A stretch of DNA of 64,000 nt from an uncultured Acidimicrobiia bacterium (GCA_963836205.1 CAWIIV010000014.1:192001-256000); one strand, 5' to 3'; positions 33,235 through 42,883 are shown, counted from the first letter of the stretch. Program-made: numbers and translations. Notes: generated by a model from the letters alone, not told the origin.

Positions 33235-33867
33235 TCACGGTTGCTTGACGGTCCAGGAATCGGCGATCTCGGTGATCGTCCGCCGGTTCGCGGAGTAACA
33301 GTCGGCGGTGCAGCCGACGATGAAGAAGTAGACCTGGTTGGTGGCGGGGTCGACCAGGCCCGTCTGATCGACGGTAAAGGAGTTCTGCGTCCCCTGCACC
33401 GTGTAGACGATCCGCGTGCCCCGCAGGCCGTCGTCCTGGGTGAGCGTGTGCGGCCCGTCGACCACCTCGACGTCGCCCATCTCCTTGTCGAGGATCTCGT
33501 CGATGGGGATGACCTCGTTGCGGAGGGCGGCCAGCGAGAAGGTGTCGCGCTCCTCGATGTTGAGGCGCCGGACCCGCACCACGCCGAAGGGGTGGGCGGC
33601 CGTCTGCAGGTCGTGCTCGAGCGACGGCTTGGGATCGGCGTCGAAGATGGCGAGGTAGCGGAGGCCGCTCTCCTCCTCCGCGCTGAGCTGGGCCCCGGTG
33701 GACGCGATCACCTGCTGCTTGTCGAACAGCTCCCACTTCTCGGGGATCTTGTAATAGGCGTTGTTGGTGGACGCCTTCACGTACTTGTAGCCCGAGTCGG
33801 CGCAGCCGGCTGCCATCACGCCCACGAGCGCGATCGCGGAAACCCGCGTCACCAGTCGCCTGATCAC
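33235..33867 (-). CDS. Hypothetical lipoprotein (possibly PsbP/DcrB-like fold)
   Basis: Lipobox MAAGC; YKIPEKW near the N-terminus and IADSWTV at the C-terminus; 15 bp from the FtsH-like gene. Confidence 0.7.
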   Translation of the reverse strand: MIRRLVTRVSAIALVGVMAAGCADSGYKYVKASTNNAYYKIPEKWELFDKQQVIASTGAQLSAEEESGLRYLAIFDADPKPSLEHDLQTAAHPFGVVRVRRLNIEERDTFSLAALRNEVIPIDEILDKEMGDVEVVDGPHTLTQDDGLRGTRIVYTVQGTQNSFTVDQTGLVDPATNQVYFFIVGCTADCYSANRRTITEIADSWTVKQP

Positions 33868-33974
33868 GGCACCATTCTCCACCGTTTTGGACCTGATGCA
33901 CGACCGGTCCCGGTGGCGCTGGCGAGAGCGCCTCTCAGGCGAAGGTGAGACCACCATGGAGGTATCGACAGCAG

Positions 33975-34048
33975 GAGGGCCGCGACCTGAGGTCGCGGGC
34001 CCCTTCTTGGTGACGACAGAGGGCCGCGACCTGAGGTCGCGGCCCTCT
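33975..34048 (-). terminator. Duplicated GC hairpins (probable terminators) after the surface protein gene
   Basis: gagggccgcgacctgaggtcgcg(g)gccc present twice, each a strong stem-loop. Confidence 0.6.
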
Positions 34049-34073
34049 GAGCACTGCTCTGCGGTGCTGTGGG

Positions 34074-35762
34074 TCAGATGCGGCGCTGGATGAGCGTGCG
34101 GCGCAGGCGGATCAGCCCGAGCCCACCCAGGGCGAGGAAGCCACCGATGACCAACGGGGTGGCGTCACCACCGGTGGGTGCCAGGTTGCCACCGGAGATG
34201 GTAGGCCCGTTGAGGACGAACCGTCCGGTGATGGCGTTGCCCTCGATCTGGCCGCTACCGAGCACCAGGTCGTCGCCGGCGGCCCGGCCCCGGCAGTTGC
34301 CGAGAGCGGCGCTGACATCGACGATGTCACGGATGACGGCGTTGCCGGAGGCACTGTTGATGCGGACCGTCATGTTGAGCTGGATCGGTGGATCGCCCAG
34401 GGCATAGCTCCCCAGGTTCTCCCAGGTGACACTCCTGCCGTCGGCCGCGACGACCCCGCCCTTGTCGGCGCCCAGGATGGTGAAGGTGACGGTGCCGCTG
34501 GCCACCTCGACCGTGTCGACGGCCCGGATGTTGACCAGGTCACAGGCGAACAGGGCGTTGAACAGGCCCGGGTCGCTGGGGATGCTGATGGTGAAGACCA
34601 CGTCCTGGCCGACTGCGACCGGGTCGGGGTTGGCCACCTTGCTGACCGGCAGGTTGCACCGGACGCCACCGGCGGGGACGCTGACCGCGCCCTCGAAGTG
34701 GCCGAGGCCGACGTCGAGTGCGCTGATGCCGGGCAGGGTGAGCAGCTGGATGCGCAGCGTGTCGGCCGAGCCGGATGCCGACGTGCCGTCAGCGGCCACG
34801 GCGGGAGCGCCGGTGCCGTTGAGGCCCACCGGCGGGGCGCCGAGGCGCAGCGTGAGCAGCGGCGGGATGGGCAGGTTGACGCCGCCGGCGCCGAGCAGGT
34901 CCTGCAGGCTCAGCGAGAGCAGCGAGATGGCGTTGAGGCGCACCGTGAGGACCGGGGTGCCGGTGTAGGTGACGCCGTTACGGGGGTCGCCCGCCTTGCC
35001 GGTGGCGGTGGTGCGGAACCCGATCGGGCCGGCGATGTCGATGGTGATGCCGGTGCCGGCCACGCTGACCGGGGCGACCACGGCCTGCGACTCGGCGACC
35101 ACGCCGTAGGTGCCGTCGCCGTTGGGCACCATGTAGGTGACCGTGCGGGTCTGGGTGACGGAGTTGCCGGTGGAGCTGGTGCCGACGAGGCCGCCGCCTG
35201 CGCCCGGAAGCACCTGCAGGTTCTCGACGTAGCCGAGGCCGAAGGTGAGGGGCCGGCCCACGGGGCAGAACTCCGGGTCGTACGTCGCCTGGGCCTGGCC
35301 GCGGGCGGTGGACGCCGTCAGCAGGCCGGGCAGGGAGATGAGCGTCTGCTTGTCGACCAGGACGCTGGGCGGCGGGGCGTTGGCCTCGGCCACCTGGGTG
35401 AGCTTCAGCTGGTTGACGTCGGTGGCCTGCACCGTCGGCGTGGCCAGACCGAGCTCGACGCCGCTACCGCGGCCGTAGGCGTTCTTGCCGGCCGGCTGGG
35501 GCGGCTGGACCGCCTGGCCGAACTGGTTGTTGACCGTGCCGCCCAGGCCCGTGGAGTTGACCACTCCCCCGGAGTTGGCGACCTGGGTGTTGGCGATCTG
35601 CGTCGCCCCCAGCGCCAACGCGTTGAGCGCCACGGCAGTGGCGTTGCCGTAGGCCGCGAATGGCTGCGTCGAAAGCTGCGCCTCCACCCGAACGGGAGAG
35701 GTGACGAGCATCGCACTCGCGACAACCACCCCCATGAGTACTCGAGCTACTCGCTTCCCCAC
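34074..35762 (-). CDS. Secreted, sortase-anchored beta-rich surface protein
   Basis: AAAGGAG RBS before GTG 35762; signal peptide ending VEA; C-terminal LAPTG + TM helix + basic tail; DUF11-like segment SKVANPDPV..GQDVVFTI. Confidence 0.8.
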   Translation of the reverse strand: MGKRVARVLMGVVVASAMLVTSPVRVEAQLSTQPFAAYGNATAVALNALALGATQIANTQVANSGGVVNSTGLGGTVNNQFGQAVQPPQPAGKNAYGRGSGVELGLATPTVQATDVNQLKLTQVAEANAPPPSVLVDKQTLISLPGLLTASTARGQAQATYDPEFCPVGRPLTFGLGYVENLQVLPGAGGGLVGTSSTGNSVTQTRTVTYMVPNGDGTYGVVAESQAVVAPVSVAGTGITIDIAGPIGFRTTATGKAGDPRNGVTYTGTPVLTVRLNAISLLSLSLQDLLGAGGVNLPIPPLLTLRLGAPPVGLNGTGAPAVAADGTSASGSADTLRIQLLTLPGISALDVGLGHFEGAVSVPAGGVRCNLPVSKVANPDPVAVGQDVVFTISIPSDPGLFNALFACDLVNIRAVDTVEVASGTVTFTILGADKGGVVAADGRSVTWENLGSYALGDPPIQLNMTVRINSASGNAVIRDIVDVSAALGNCRGRAAGDDLVLGSGQIEGNAITGRFVLNGPTISGGNLAPTGGDATPLVIGGFLALGGLGLIRLRRTLIQRRI

Positions 35763-36003
35763 GTCCGCTCCTTTGGTCCTTCGCAACCCAGATTCGGTGG
35801 TCCCGACCTGGTTCCCCACGACCGAGGGCCCATACCATGCCCGATGGCGGGCATGCCCGTCTACTCCCCGAGCCGCGGCCCTCTGCCGGCTCGGTTATCT
35901 CCCGCCGATGCAAACGTACAAACTTTCCTGGCTGGAAGCTACTACCGATGTGCCGGAACCCGTCCATCCGGACCCCACCGGCGGGCCCGCGATACTGGCT
36001 CCG

Positions 36004-37536
36004 GTGACTCGCCATGACGTCGTCGTGGTCGGAGCCGGGCACAACGGGCTCGTCGCCGCCTGCTACCTGGCCCGGGCCGGACTCGACGTGGTGGTACTGG
36101 AGGCCCTCGACCGGCCCGGCGGCGGCTCCCGCAGCGAGGAGACGGTGCCCGGGTATCTCTTCGACACCCACTCGGTGGCGCACAACATCGTCAACATGAC
36201 CACCATCCCGGCCGAGCTCGACCTGGCCGGTGCCGGCCTCGTCTACCAGGAGATGGACCCTTTCTCGATCGCCGTCCACGCCGACGGCCGCCGGGTGCGC
36301 TTCTTCCGCTCGATCGAGGCCACGGTGGACTCCATCGCCGAGTCGAGCCCGGACGAGGCCCGGGCCTACGCCGCCTTCATGAGGAAGGCGGTGCCCGTCG
36401 TGCGGACGGTGCTGCCCGCGATCCGGGGTGAGCTGTCGGCCCGCGAGCTGCCGGGGCGGCTGGCCAGTGGCGCCCGGGCCCTGGGCCGGCACCCGCTGGG
36501 CACCGTCCGCGACGCCGTCGGGCCCTACGACTCGCTGCTGCGGAAGTGGCTGCCCAGCGACCTCACCCGGGGCCCGGTGGCCGCCTTCGCCGCCCACGCG
36601 GCCATGGGCCCCGACGTGGCCGGCGGTGCCGTCTTCGCCTGGTGGCAGGCCGCCTACCACCTGTTCGGCCAGTGGCACGCCAAGGGCGGGGCCCAGGGCC
36701 TCACCGACGCCCTCGTCACCCGGCTGGGCCGCCTCGGCGGCGAGCTGCGAGTGGGTGTGCGGGTGGCCCGCATCGACGCCCGTGACGGGCAGGTGCAGGC
36801 GGTCATCACCACTGGCGGGGAGCGGGTCGAGGCCGGCGCGGTGGTGACCGCCATCGATCCCCAGGTCGCCATGCTCCGACTGCTCGACCCCCCGCTCGGC
36901 GGCCGGGCAGGTACCGACCTGGCCGCGGCCCGGCGGGGAAACGTCGTCCAGGCCCTGGTGCACGTCGCCACCGACCGCCTCCCGCCCTATCCCGGCTGCC
37001 GTCCGGGGGACTGGAACGGCCTGCAGAGCTTCGTCGACCACCTCGACGACCTGTCGTCGGCGTGGGCGGCCTCGGAGGCCGGCGAGCTGCCGTCCGTCCT
37101 CCCCCTCTACGCCTTCACCACCTCGGCCGTCGACACCACCCTCGCCCCCGAAGGCCACCACACCGTCTACCTGGCCTGCCCCGCCGCCCCCGCCCGGGTA
37201 CGCGGCGGCTGGCCCGCCCGCGGGGAGGAGTTCGTCGAGCGGGCCCTCGACGTGATGGAGGAGCGGGCGCCGGGCTTCCGGTCGAGCATCCAGGGGGTGG
37301 CGGTGCGCACGCCCGACGTCATGGAAGGCGACGAGGGCTGGGTGGGCGCCCATCCGATGCATCTCGACCTCGCCTTCGACCAGCTCGGCCCGTTCCGCCC
37401 GACGCGCCGGCTGAGCGACCACCGCACGCCCGTCGCCGGCCTCTACGTCTCCGGGGCCGGGACGAGCCCCACAGGTGGCATCGCCGGGACCCCGGGACGG
37501 GCGGCGGCGCGGGCTCTGCTTGCCGACCGGTCGTAA
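36004..37536 (+). CDS. NAD(P)/FAD-dependent oxidoreductase, phytoene desaturase/CrtO-like
   Basis: VVVGAGHNGLVAA Rossmann motif, GGAQGL, RTPVAGLYVSGAGT.P.GG. Confidence 0.87.
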   Translation: MTRHDVVVVGAGHNGLVAACYLARAGLDVVVLEALDRPGGGSRSEETVPGYLFDTHSVAHNIVNMTTIPAELDLAGAGLVYQEMDPFSIAVHADGRRVRFFRSIEATVDSIAESSPDEARAYAAFMRKAVPVVRTVLPAIRGELSARELPGRLASGARALGRHPLGTVRDAVGPYDSLLRKWLPSDLTRGPVAAFAAHAAMGPDVAGGAVFAWWQAAYHLFGQWHAKGGAQGLTDALVTRLGRLGGELRVGVRVARIDARDGQVQAVITTGGERVEAGAVVTAIDPQVAMLRLLDPPLGGRAGTDLAAARRGNVVQALVHVATDRLPPYPGCRPGDWNGLQSFVDHLDDLSSAWAASEAGELPSVLPLYAFTTSAVDTTLAPEGHHTVYLACPAAPARVRGGWPARGEEFVERALDVMEERAPGFRSSIQGVAVRTPDVMEGDEGWVGAHPMHLDLAFDQLGPFRPTRRLSDHRTPVAGLYVSGAGTSPTGGIAGTPGRAAARALLADRS

Positions 37537-37561
37537 GTTCTGCCGTATGCCTGATGCACCT

Positions 37562-39127
37562 ATGCCTGATCAAATCGAGTTCACGGGGCGAATCGTTACG
37601 GCCTACGCCAGCAAGGGTCCGGCGGTGGAGCTGGGCAAGGCCATGCTCGGGGGGACGGTGCTGCCGGAGGCGGTGGTCCAGGTGCCGGCGGCCATGTGCA
37701 ACCGCCACGGGCTGATCGCGGGCGCCACCGGCACGGGCAAGACCAAGACCCTCCAGCTCATGGCCGAGCAGCTGTCGGCGATGGGGGTCCCGGTGTTCGC
37801 GGCCGACGTCAAGGGCGACCTGAGCGGCCTGAGCCGGCCGGGCGAGGTGAGCGACCGGGTCACGTCCCGGGTCGAGGAGATGGAGCTGGAGTGGAGCCCG
37901 GCCGGGTTCCCGGTGACCTTTCTTTCCCTGGGCGGCCACGGCCCGGGCGTGCCGGTGCGGGCGGCGGTGTCGGCGTTCGGGCCCCAGCTGCTGGCCAAGG
38001 TCATGGACGCCAACGAGACGCAGTCGTCGTCGTTGACCTTGGTCTTCCGCTACGCCGACGACAGCGGGCTGGCCCTGCTCGACCTGGCCGACCTCCGGGA
38101 GGTCCTGAAGTACCTGGTGAGCGACGACGGGAAAGCGGAGCTGGAGGGCATCGGCGGCCTGTCGTCGGCCACCGCAGGCGTGCTCCTGCGCAAGATCGTG
38201 GAGCTGGAGGAGCAGGGCGCGGAGGCGTTCTTCGGCGAACCGGAGATGGAGGTGTCCGATCTCATCCGCTGCACCCCCGAGGGCGCCGGCGTGGTGTCGT
38301 GCCTGGAGCTGGCCGCGGTGCAGGACAAGCCCAAGCTGTTCTCCACCTTCCTCATGTGGATGCTGGCCGAGCTGTTCCACGACCTGCCCGAGGTCGGCGA
38401 CCTCGACAAGCCCAAGCTCGTCTTCTTCTTCGACGAGGCCCACCTCCTGTTCGACGACGCGTCGGAGGCGTTCCTCGACCAGGTGGCCCAGACCGTCCGC
38501 CTCATCCGGTCGAAGGGGGTCGGCGTGTTCTTCGTGACCCAACTCCCCGACGACGTCCCCGAGGAGGTGCTGGCCCAGCTCGGCAACCGGGTGCAGCACG
38601 CCTTGCGGGCATTCACCCCCCGTGACGCCAAGGCCCTGAAGGCGGCGGTGACGACCTATCCCAAGACGTCCGACTACGACCTGGAGGAGGACCTCACCCA
38701 GCTCGGTACGGGCGAGGCGATGGTGACGATCCTGTCCGAGCGGGGGGCGCCGACGCCCGTGGTGTGGACCCGGATGCGGCCGCCCACGTCGCTCATGGCC
38801 GCCATCGGCGAGGAGGCGGTCGACCAGGCGGCCAAGGACAGCTCGCTGTGGTCGAAGTACGCCACCGAGATCGACCGGGAGTCGGCCCGGGAGAAGCTGG
38901 GCGCCCGCCTGACCGAGGCCGCTGCGGTCGAAAAGGCCGAGGCCGGGGCGGAAGCCGAGGTGGGCGAGAAGGCCCCGTCCCCCGCCCCGAAGCCCAAGGC
39001 CAAGGCGCCGGCCAAGAAGAAGAAGGACGACAACGCGGTGGTCGGCTACCTGAAGTCGCGGGAGGGGCGTTCGATGATCAACACCGTCGCCCGGGGGGTG
39101 TTCGGGCTGCTCCGCAAGCGGCGCTGA
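37562..39127 (+). CDS. HerA-like ATPase (DUF853/YjgR family)
   Basis: NRHGLIAGATGTGKTKTLQ, DVKGDLSG, FFFDEAH, RSKGVGVFFVTQ, QHALRAFTP. Confidence 0.92.
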   Translation: MPDQIEFTGRIVTAYASKGPAVELGKAMLGGTVLPEAVVQVPAAMCNRHGLIAGATGTGKTKTLQLMAEQLSAMGVPVFAADVKGDLSGLSRPGEVSDRVTSRVEEMELEWSPAGFPVTFLSLGGHGPGVPVRAAVSAFGPQLLAKVMDANETQSSSLTLVFRYADDSGLALLDLADLREVLKYLVSDDGKAELEGIGGLSSATAGVLLRKIVELEEQGAEAFFGEPEMEVSDLIRCTPEGAGVVSCLELAAVQDKPKLFSTFLMWMLAELFHDLPEVGDLDKPKLVFFFDEAHLLFDDASEAFLDQVAQTVRLIRSKGVGVFFVTQLPDDVPEEVLAQLGNRVQHALRAFTPRDAKALKAAVTTYPKTSDYDLEEDLTQLGTGEAMVTILSERGAPTPVVWTRMRPPTSLMAAIGEEAVDQAAKDSSLWSKYATEIDRESAREKLGARLTEAAAVEKAEAGAEAEVGEKAPSPAPKPKAKAPAKKKKDDNAVVGYLKSREGRSMINTVARGVFGLLRKRR

Positions 39128-39218
39128 CGGGACGGTCCGGGACGGGGCCGGGGACGCTGGGTATGCTGCCCCGGGGCGTGGCCGGGGGGCGGCAGCCAGA
39201 CTCACAACAGGAGGCTCA

Positions 39219-39533
39219 ATGCCGGGCAAGTTCGTGATCAAGAAGGGCTCCACCGGAAAGTTCCGCTTCAACCTGGTGTCCACCAACGGCCAGGTGGTGG
39301 CGACGAGTGAGGCCTACGAGACGAAGGCCTCCGCCCAGGCCGGTATCCGATCAGTGAAGAAGCTGGCCGCCGACGCCGTCATCGAGGACACCACCACCGC
39401 CGAGTGGGCCACCGCCGACGCCGCCCGCAAGGAAGCGGAGAAGGCCAAGAAGGCCAAGAAGGCCGCCGCCGCCAAGAAGGCCGCGGCCAAGGCCAAGGCC
39501 GCCGCCAAGGCCGCCGCCACCGAAGGCGGCTGA
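39219..39533 (+). CDS. YegP/DUF1508 protein with a Lys/Ala-rich tail
   Basis: GKFRFNL...NGQVVATSEAY..KASA..GI.SVK; AGGAGG RBS; tail KAKKAKKAAAAKKAAAKAK. Confidence 0.88.
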   Translation: MPGKFVIKKGSTGKFRFNLVSTNGQVVATSEAYETKASAQAGIRSVKKLAADAVIEDTTTAEWATADAARKEAEKAKKAKKAAAAKKAAAKAKAAAKAAATEGG

Positions 39534-39564
39534 CCTGCCCAAAGCCGTCCGGCCCGTCCCGCCC

Positions 39565-39674
39565 AACTGGTGACACAAAAGGGGCCTGGGACGACCGAAA
39601 ACGTCACCGGTTGGGAGGGTGGACCGAACCGGTGACACAAAAGGGGCCTGGGACGACCGAGAACGTCACCGGTT
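39565..39674. repeat. Palindromic REP-like element family A, tandem pair (39565-39612, 39627-39674)
   Basis: Two 48-bp units aac(t/c)ggtgacacaaaaggggcctgggacgaccga(a/g)aacgtcaccggtt, 62-bp period, between convergent genes. Confidence 0.9.
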
Positions 39675-39678
39675 GGGG

Positions 39679-41061
39679 TTACTCGTACGTCCAGTCGGGG
39701 CGTTTGCGGGGTTGGCGGGCGTCGTAGCGGACGACGCCGTCGGCGAGGTCGGTGATGAGGGGGACGACGAGGTCCGACCGAGGGCGCGGGCAGTCACCCT
39801 CCAGGTGGGCGGCGAACTCCTCGGGGAAGGCCCGCAGGATGCTCCGGATGACGATCTGCTCCTCCGTCCCCAGGTAGCAACGGTTGGCATCGGTGACCTC
39901 GTTGAGGCGGGCGCCGATGACGGCGATGTCCTGCTCGGTTCCCCGGCAGGCCTCGATCTCGTTCAGCCGGAAGGTGATCTCCTCGCTGCCGAGCTTGCAC
40001 GCCGGGCACTGCCCGCACGACTCCACGTACAGGAACCGGGAGAACTGGAAGGCCACCTCCACCATGCACGCGCTCTCGTCGTAGACGGCGTAGCCGGCGG
40101 CGCCCATCCCGCTGCCGATGGCGGCCATGGCCTCGTAGGACACCGGCGTGTCGAGGCGGTCGGCGGTGACCACCGCGTTGGCCACGCCCGAGAACACCGC
40201 CTTGATGGGAACCGCCGGGTCGCGGGGCCCGCCGCCGACCATCTCGATCACCTCCGACAGCGGCGTTCCCAGGTCGACCTCGGCGTAGCCGGGACGGGCC
40301 ACGTCGCCCACCACCGTCATCACGTGGTGACCGGGCGAGGCCTGGGTACCCATGGTGCGGAACCACTCCGCCCCCCGGGCCAGGATGTGGGGGACGTTGG
40401 CCAGCGTCTCCACGTTGTTGGCCAGCGTGGGGTTCGACAGGTGGGCATCGGCGTGGCCGGGCTGGGGCGTGGCTGCCTCCCAACCCATCTGGGGGGCGGT
40501 GGCGAACAGGCCGTGCTCGTACGGGGGAAGGATGCGGGGCATCGGCGGGCGGCCCTCGATCACCTCCAGCATCGCCTTCTCCTCGCCGAACAGGTACTCC
40601 TCGGGACCCTCGACGATGGTGATGGCCACGTCGCCCGCCAGCCCCTCGGCCTGCATCTCGGCGAGGGCCCGGGCCAGGCGCTCGATCTCGGTGGTGAACT
40701 TGGCCTTGATCCCGACGAAGGCCTCGCGGGCGTCGACGGTGAGGGCGGCGATGGCGATGCCTTCGACCACCTGGTACGGGTTGCGGCGGAGGATGGCCCG
40801 GTCCTTGAACGTGGCCGGCTCGCCCTCGGCCGCGTTGCACACCACGTACCGGTGGGTGCCCTCCTGGTTGCGGATCCCGGCCCACTTGCGTCCGGTGGGG
40901 AAGCCGCCGCCGCCCCGTCCCCGCAGCCCCGACAGGCTGATCTCGTCGATCGTGAACTCGGCGCCCAGCTTGCGGGCCGCGTCGAGCCCTTTCCCCCCGC
41001 CCAGGGCCCGCCATTGCTCCACCGAGGTCACCGGCTCGTCGGGGAGGAGGTAGGGGGCCAT
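39679..41061 (-). CDS. Stand-alone NuoF-like flavin/[4Fe-4S] oxidoreductase
   Basis: SGLRGRGGGGFPTG.KW, CNAAEGEP.TFKD, Y..GEE, NNVETL, ESCGQCPAC...C. Confidence 0.88.
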   Translation of the reverse strand: MAPYLLPDEPVTSVEQWRALGGGKGLDAARKLGAEFTIDEISLSGLRGRGGGGFPTGRKWAGIRNQEGTHRYVVCNAAEGEPATFKDRAILRRNPYQVVEGIAIAALTVDAREAFVGIKAKFTTEIERLARALAEMQAEGLAGDVAITIVEGPEEYLFGEEKAMLEVIEGRPPMPRILPPYEHGLFATAPQMGWEAATPQPGHADAHLSNPTLANNVETLANVPHILARGAEWFRTMGTQASPGHHVMTVVGDVARPGYAEVDLGTPLSEVIEMVGGGPRDPAVPIKAVFSGVANAVVTADRLDTPVSYEAMAAIGSGMGAAGYAVYDESACMVEVAFQFSRFLYVESCGQCPACKLGSEEITFRLNEIEACRGTEQDIAVIGARLNEVTDANRCYLGTEEQIVIRSILRAFPEEFAAHLEGDCPRPRSDLVVPLITDLADGVVRYDARQPRKRPDWTYE

Positions 41062-41085
41062 CGCGGCAACCTACCTTTGACTTCC

Positions 41086-41505
41086 ATGACACGGACACTC
41101 GGCACCGGCCTGGTACTCGCCCTGGTGGTGGCGACCGGCTGCGGCGGGGGCGGGGGTGGCGACGACGGCCTGTCGGACTCGGCCGAGTCCCGCCGGCGGA
41201 TGCCGTCGTGCGGCTCCTACCAGGTCGGCGGGGAGCCGGTGGCCGCCGCCGACCAGGCCGTTCGGGACTGCTTCCTCGCCGCCTTCCGGGACGGCACCGA
41301 GAAGGAGGTCACCGTCACCGCCTTCTCCATCGAAGGCCAGCCCATCACCACCATCTACCGGGTGCTGGGGCCGGACGACGTGGAGCTGTTCGTCGACGCC
41401 TCCGCCGACACCTTCGCCGGGGTCAAGACCTACCACCAACGGTGCACGTCGGTGGCGGAGGACGGCAACGGCCTGGCCGCCGGCGGCTGCGTGACCCTCG
41501 GCTGA
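41086..41505 (+). CDS. Hypothetical lipoprotein (DUF4362-like)
   Basis: Lipobox ATGC; SIEGQPITTIY motif; paired Cys. Confidence 0.65.
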   Translation: MTRTLGTGLVLALVVATGCGGGGGGDDGLSDSAESRRRMPSCGSYQVGGEPVAAADQAVRDCFLAAFRDGTEKEVTVTAFSIEGQPITTIYRVLGPDDVELFVDASADTFAGVKTYHQRCTSVAEDGNGLAAGGCVTLG

Positions 41506-41508
41506 AGG

Positions 41509-42036
41509 CTAACTGGCCAGGTCCTCCACGTAGGCCAGGGCCTGGGCCACCACCGCCTCCAGGTCGGTGGTCATGTCGACCGTGAGGTAGGCCCCCGGCG
41601 GTTCCTCCATCTCCGCCGCCACCCGGCGCACGAGGTCGCCGTCGCGGTTCCCGGCCAGGTGGCGGCCGGCGGCGGCATCGGCCTCGCAGCGCTCGATGGC
41701 CACGCTCACGGGGACGTCGCACACGACCACCGCCGAGAACCCGCCCGCCTCGGCCGCCACCGCCTCGGCCGCGTCCACCTCCGTCCGCCGGGAGAACGTG
41801 AGCCCGTCGAAGATCACCAGCCGGCCCCGGCCCAGGTGGTAGCTGGCGGCGTCGAGCATGGCCGAGAAGGTCACGTCCCGCTCGGCCGAGGAGTAGTCGC
41901 ACGGGGCGAAGAGGGCGTGGCGGACCTGGTCCTTGTCGATGACCCGGGCCCCCGGCAGCCGCTCGGCGAGGGCCGCGGCGAGGACGCTCTTGCCCGCGCC
42001 GGGCAGGCCGCCAAGCACCACCACTCCCGGACGCAC
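41509..42036 (-). CDS. P-loop kinase (AAA_33-like)
   Basis: GLPGAGKS, DKDQVRHALF, IFDG.TF. Confidence 0.8.
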   Translation of the reverse strand: MRPGVVVLGGLPGAGKSVLAAALAERLPGARVIDKDQVRHALFAPCDYSSAERDVTFSAMLDAASYHLGRGRLVIFDGLTFSRRTEVDAAEAVAAEAGGFSAVVVCDVPVSVAIERCEADAAAGRHLAGNRDGDLVRRVAAEMEEPPGAYLTVDMTTDLEAVVAQALAYVEDLAS

Positions 42037-42082
42037 GCGGTCAAGGGTACGCGTCGCCGGGTCGGGCGGATAGCGTTGGCCC

Positions 42083-42883
42083 GTGCCGTTCGTGGACGTC
42101 GAAGGGGTCCAGCTCCACTACGTCGACGTGGGCGTGGGCGACCCGCCGGTGGTCCTCCTCCACGCCTTCCCCCTCCACTCCGACATGTGGGCGCCCCAGG
42201 TGGCGTGCCTGGCCGCCAACCGCCGGGTGATCGTCCCCGACCTCAAGGGGTTCGGGAAGTCCTCCGCCCCCGACGACGCCGAGTCGTATTCCATGGCCGA
42301 CTACGTGCGCCAGGTCCTCGGCCTGGTCCAGATTCTGCGCCTCGACCGCATCGTGTTGGGCGGGTTGTCGATGGGCGGCTACGTCGCCTTCTCGCTGATC
42401 CCCCGCAACCTCGACCTCCTGGCCGGGCTGGTGCTGGCCGACACCCGGGCCGGGCGGGACACGCCCGAGGTCGTCCAGCGCCGCACCGACCAGCAGGACC
42501 AGGTGCGGCGGGAGGGCACCGAGGCCCTGGTGGAGACCCTGCTCGGCGGGCTCCTGGCCCCCGACACGATGGAGAACCGGCCCCAACTGGTGGAGCAGGT
42601 CCGCCGCATCATGGCGTCGAACCCCCCGGCCGGCTTCGTCGGCGGCCTGGAGGCGATGAAGGGGCGGCCCGACTCGCTGCCTACCCTGGTCGGCATCAAG
42701 GTGCCGACGCTGGTCCTCGTGGGCGCCCACGACGCCCCGTCGCCCCCCGACGTGGTGCGGGTGTGGCAGGAGCGGATCCCGGGGTCGGAGCTGGTGGTGA
42801 TCCCGGGAGCGGGACACCTGAGCAACATGGAGGACCCCGACACCTTCAACGCCGCCCTCGTCGACTTCCTCGACCGCCTGTGA
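42083..42883 (+). CDS. Alpha/beta fold hydrolase (PcaD-like)
   Basis: LLHAFP, PDLKGFGKS, nucleophile GLSMGG, Asp, GHLSN. Confidence 0.9.
   Translation: MPFVDVEGVQLHYVDVGVGDPPVVLLHAFPLHSDMWAPQVACLAANRRVIVPDLKGFGKSSAPDDAESYSMADYVRQVLGLVQILRLDRIVLGGLSMGGYVAFSLIPRNLDLLAGLVLADTRAGRDTPEVVQRRTDQQDQVRREGTEALVETLLGGLLAPDTMENRPQLVEQVRRIMASNPPAGFVGGLEAMKGRPDSLPTLVGIKVPTLVLVGAHDAPSPPDVVRVWQERIPGSELVVIPGAGHLSNMEDPDTFNAALVDFLDRL

Noticed and set aside
35763-35940. c-di-AMP (ydaO) riboswitch in the surface-protein leader
   Set aside because: GGGGAACC and CCGAAUC fragments occur, but the conserved CCCGUCAGCUAAC segment and the expected order are missing
37562-39127. HerA-based antiphage defence system
   Set aside because: Motifs match the widespread DUF853/YjgR family; no adjacent NurA, SIR2 or nuclease partner
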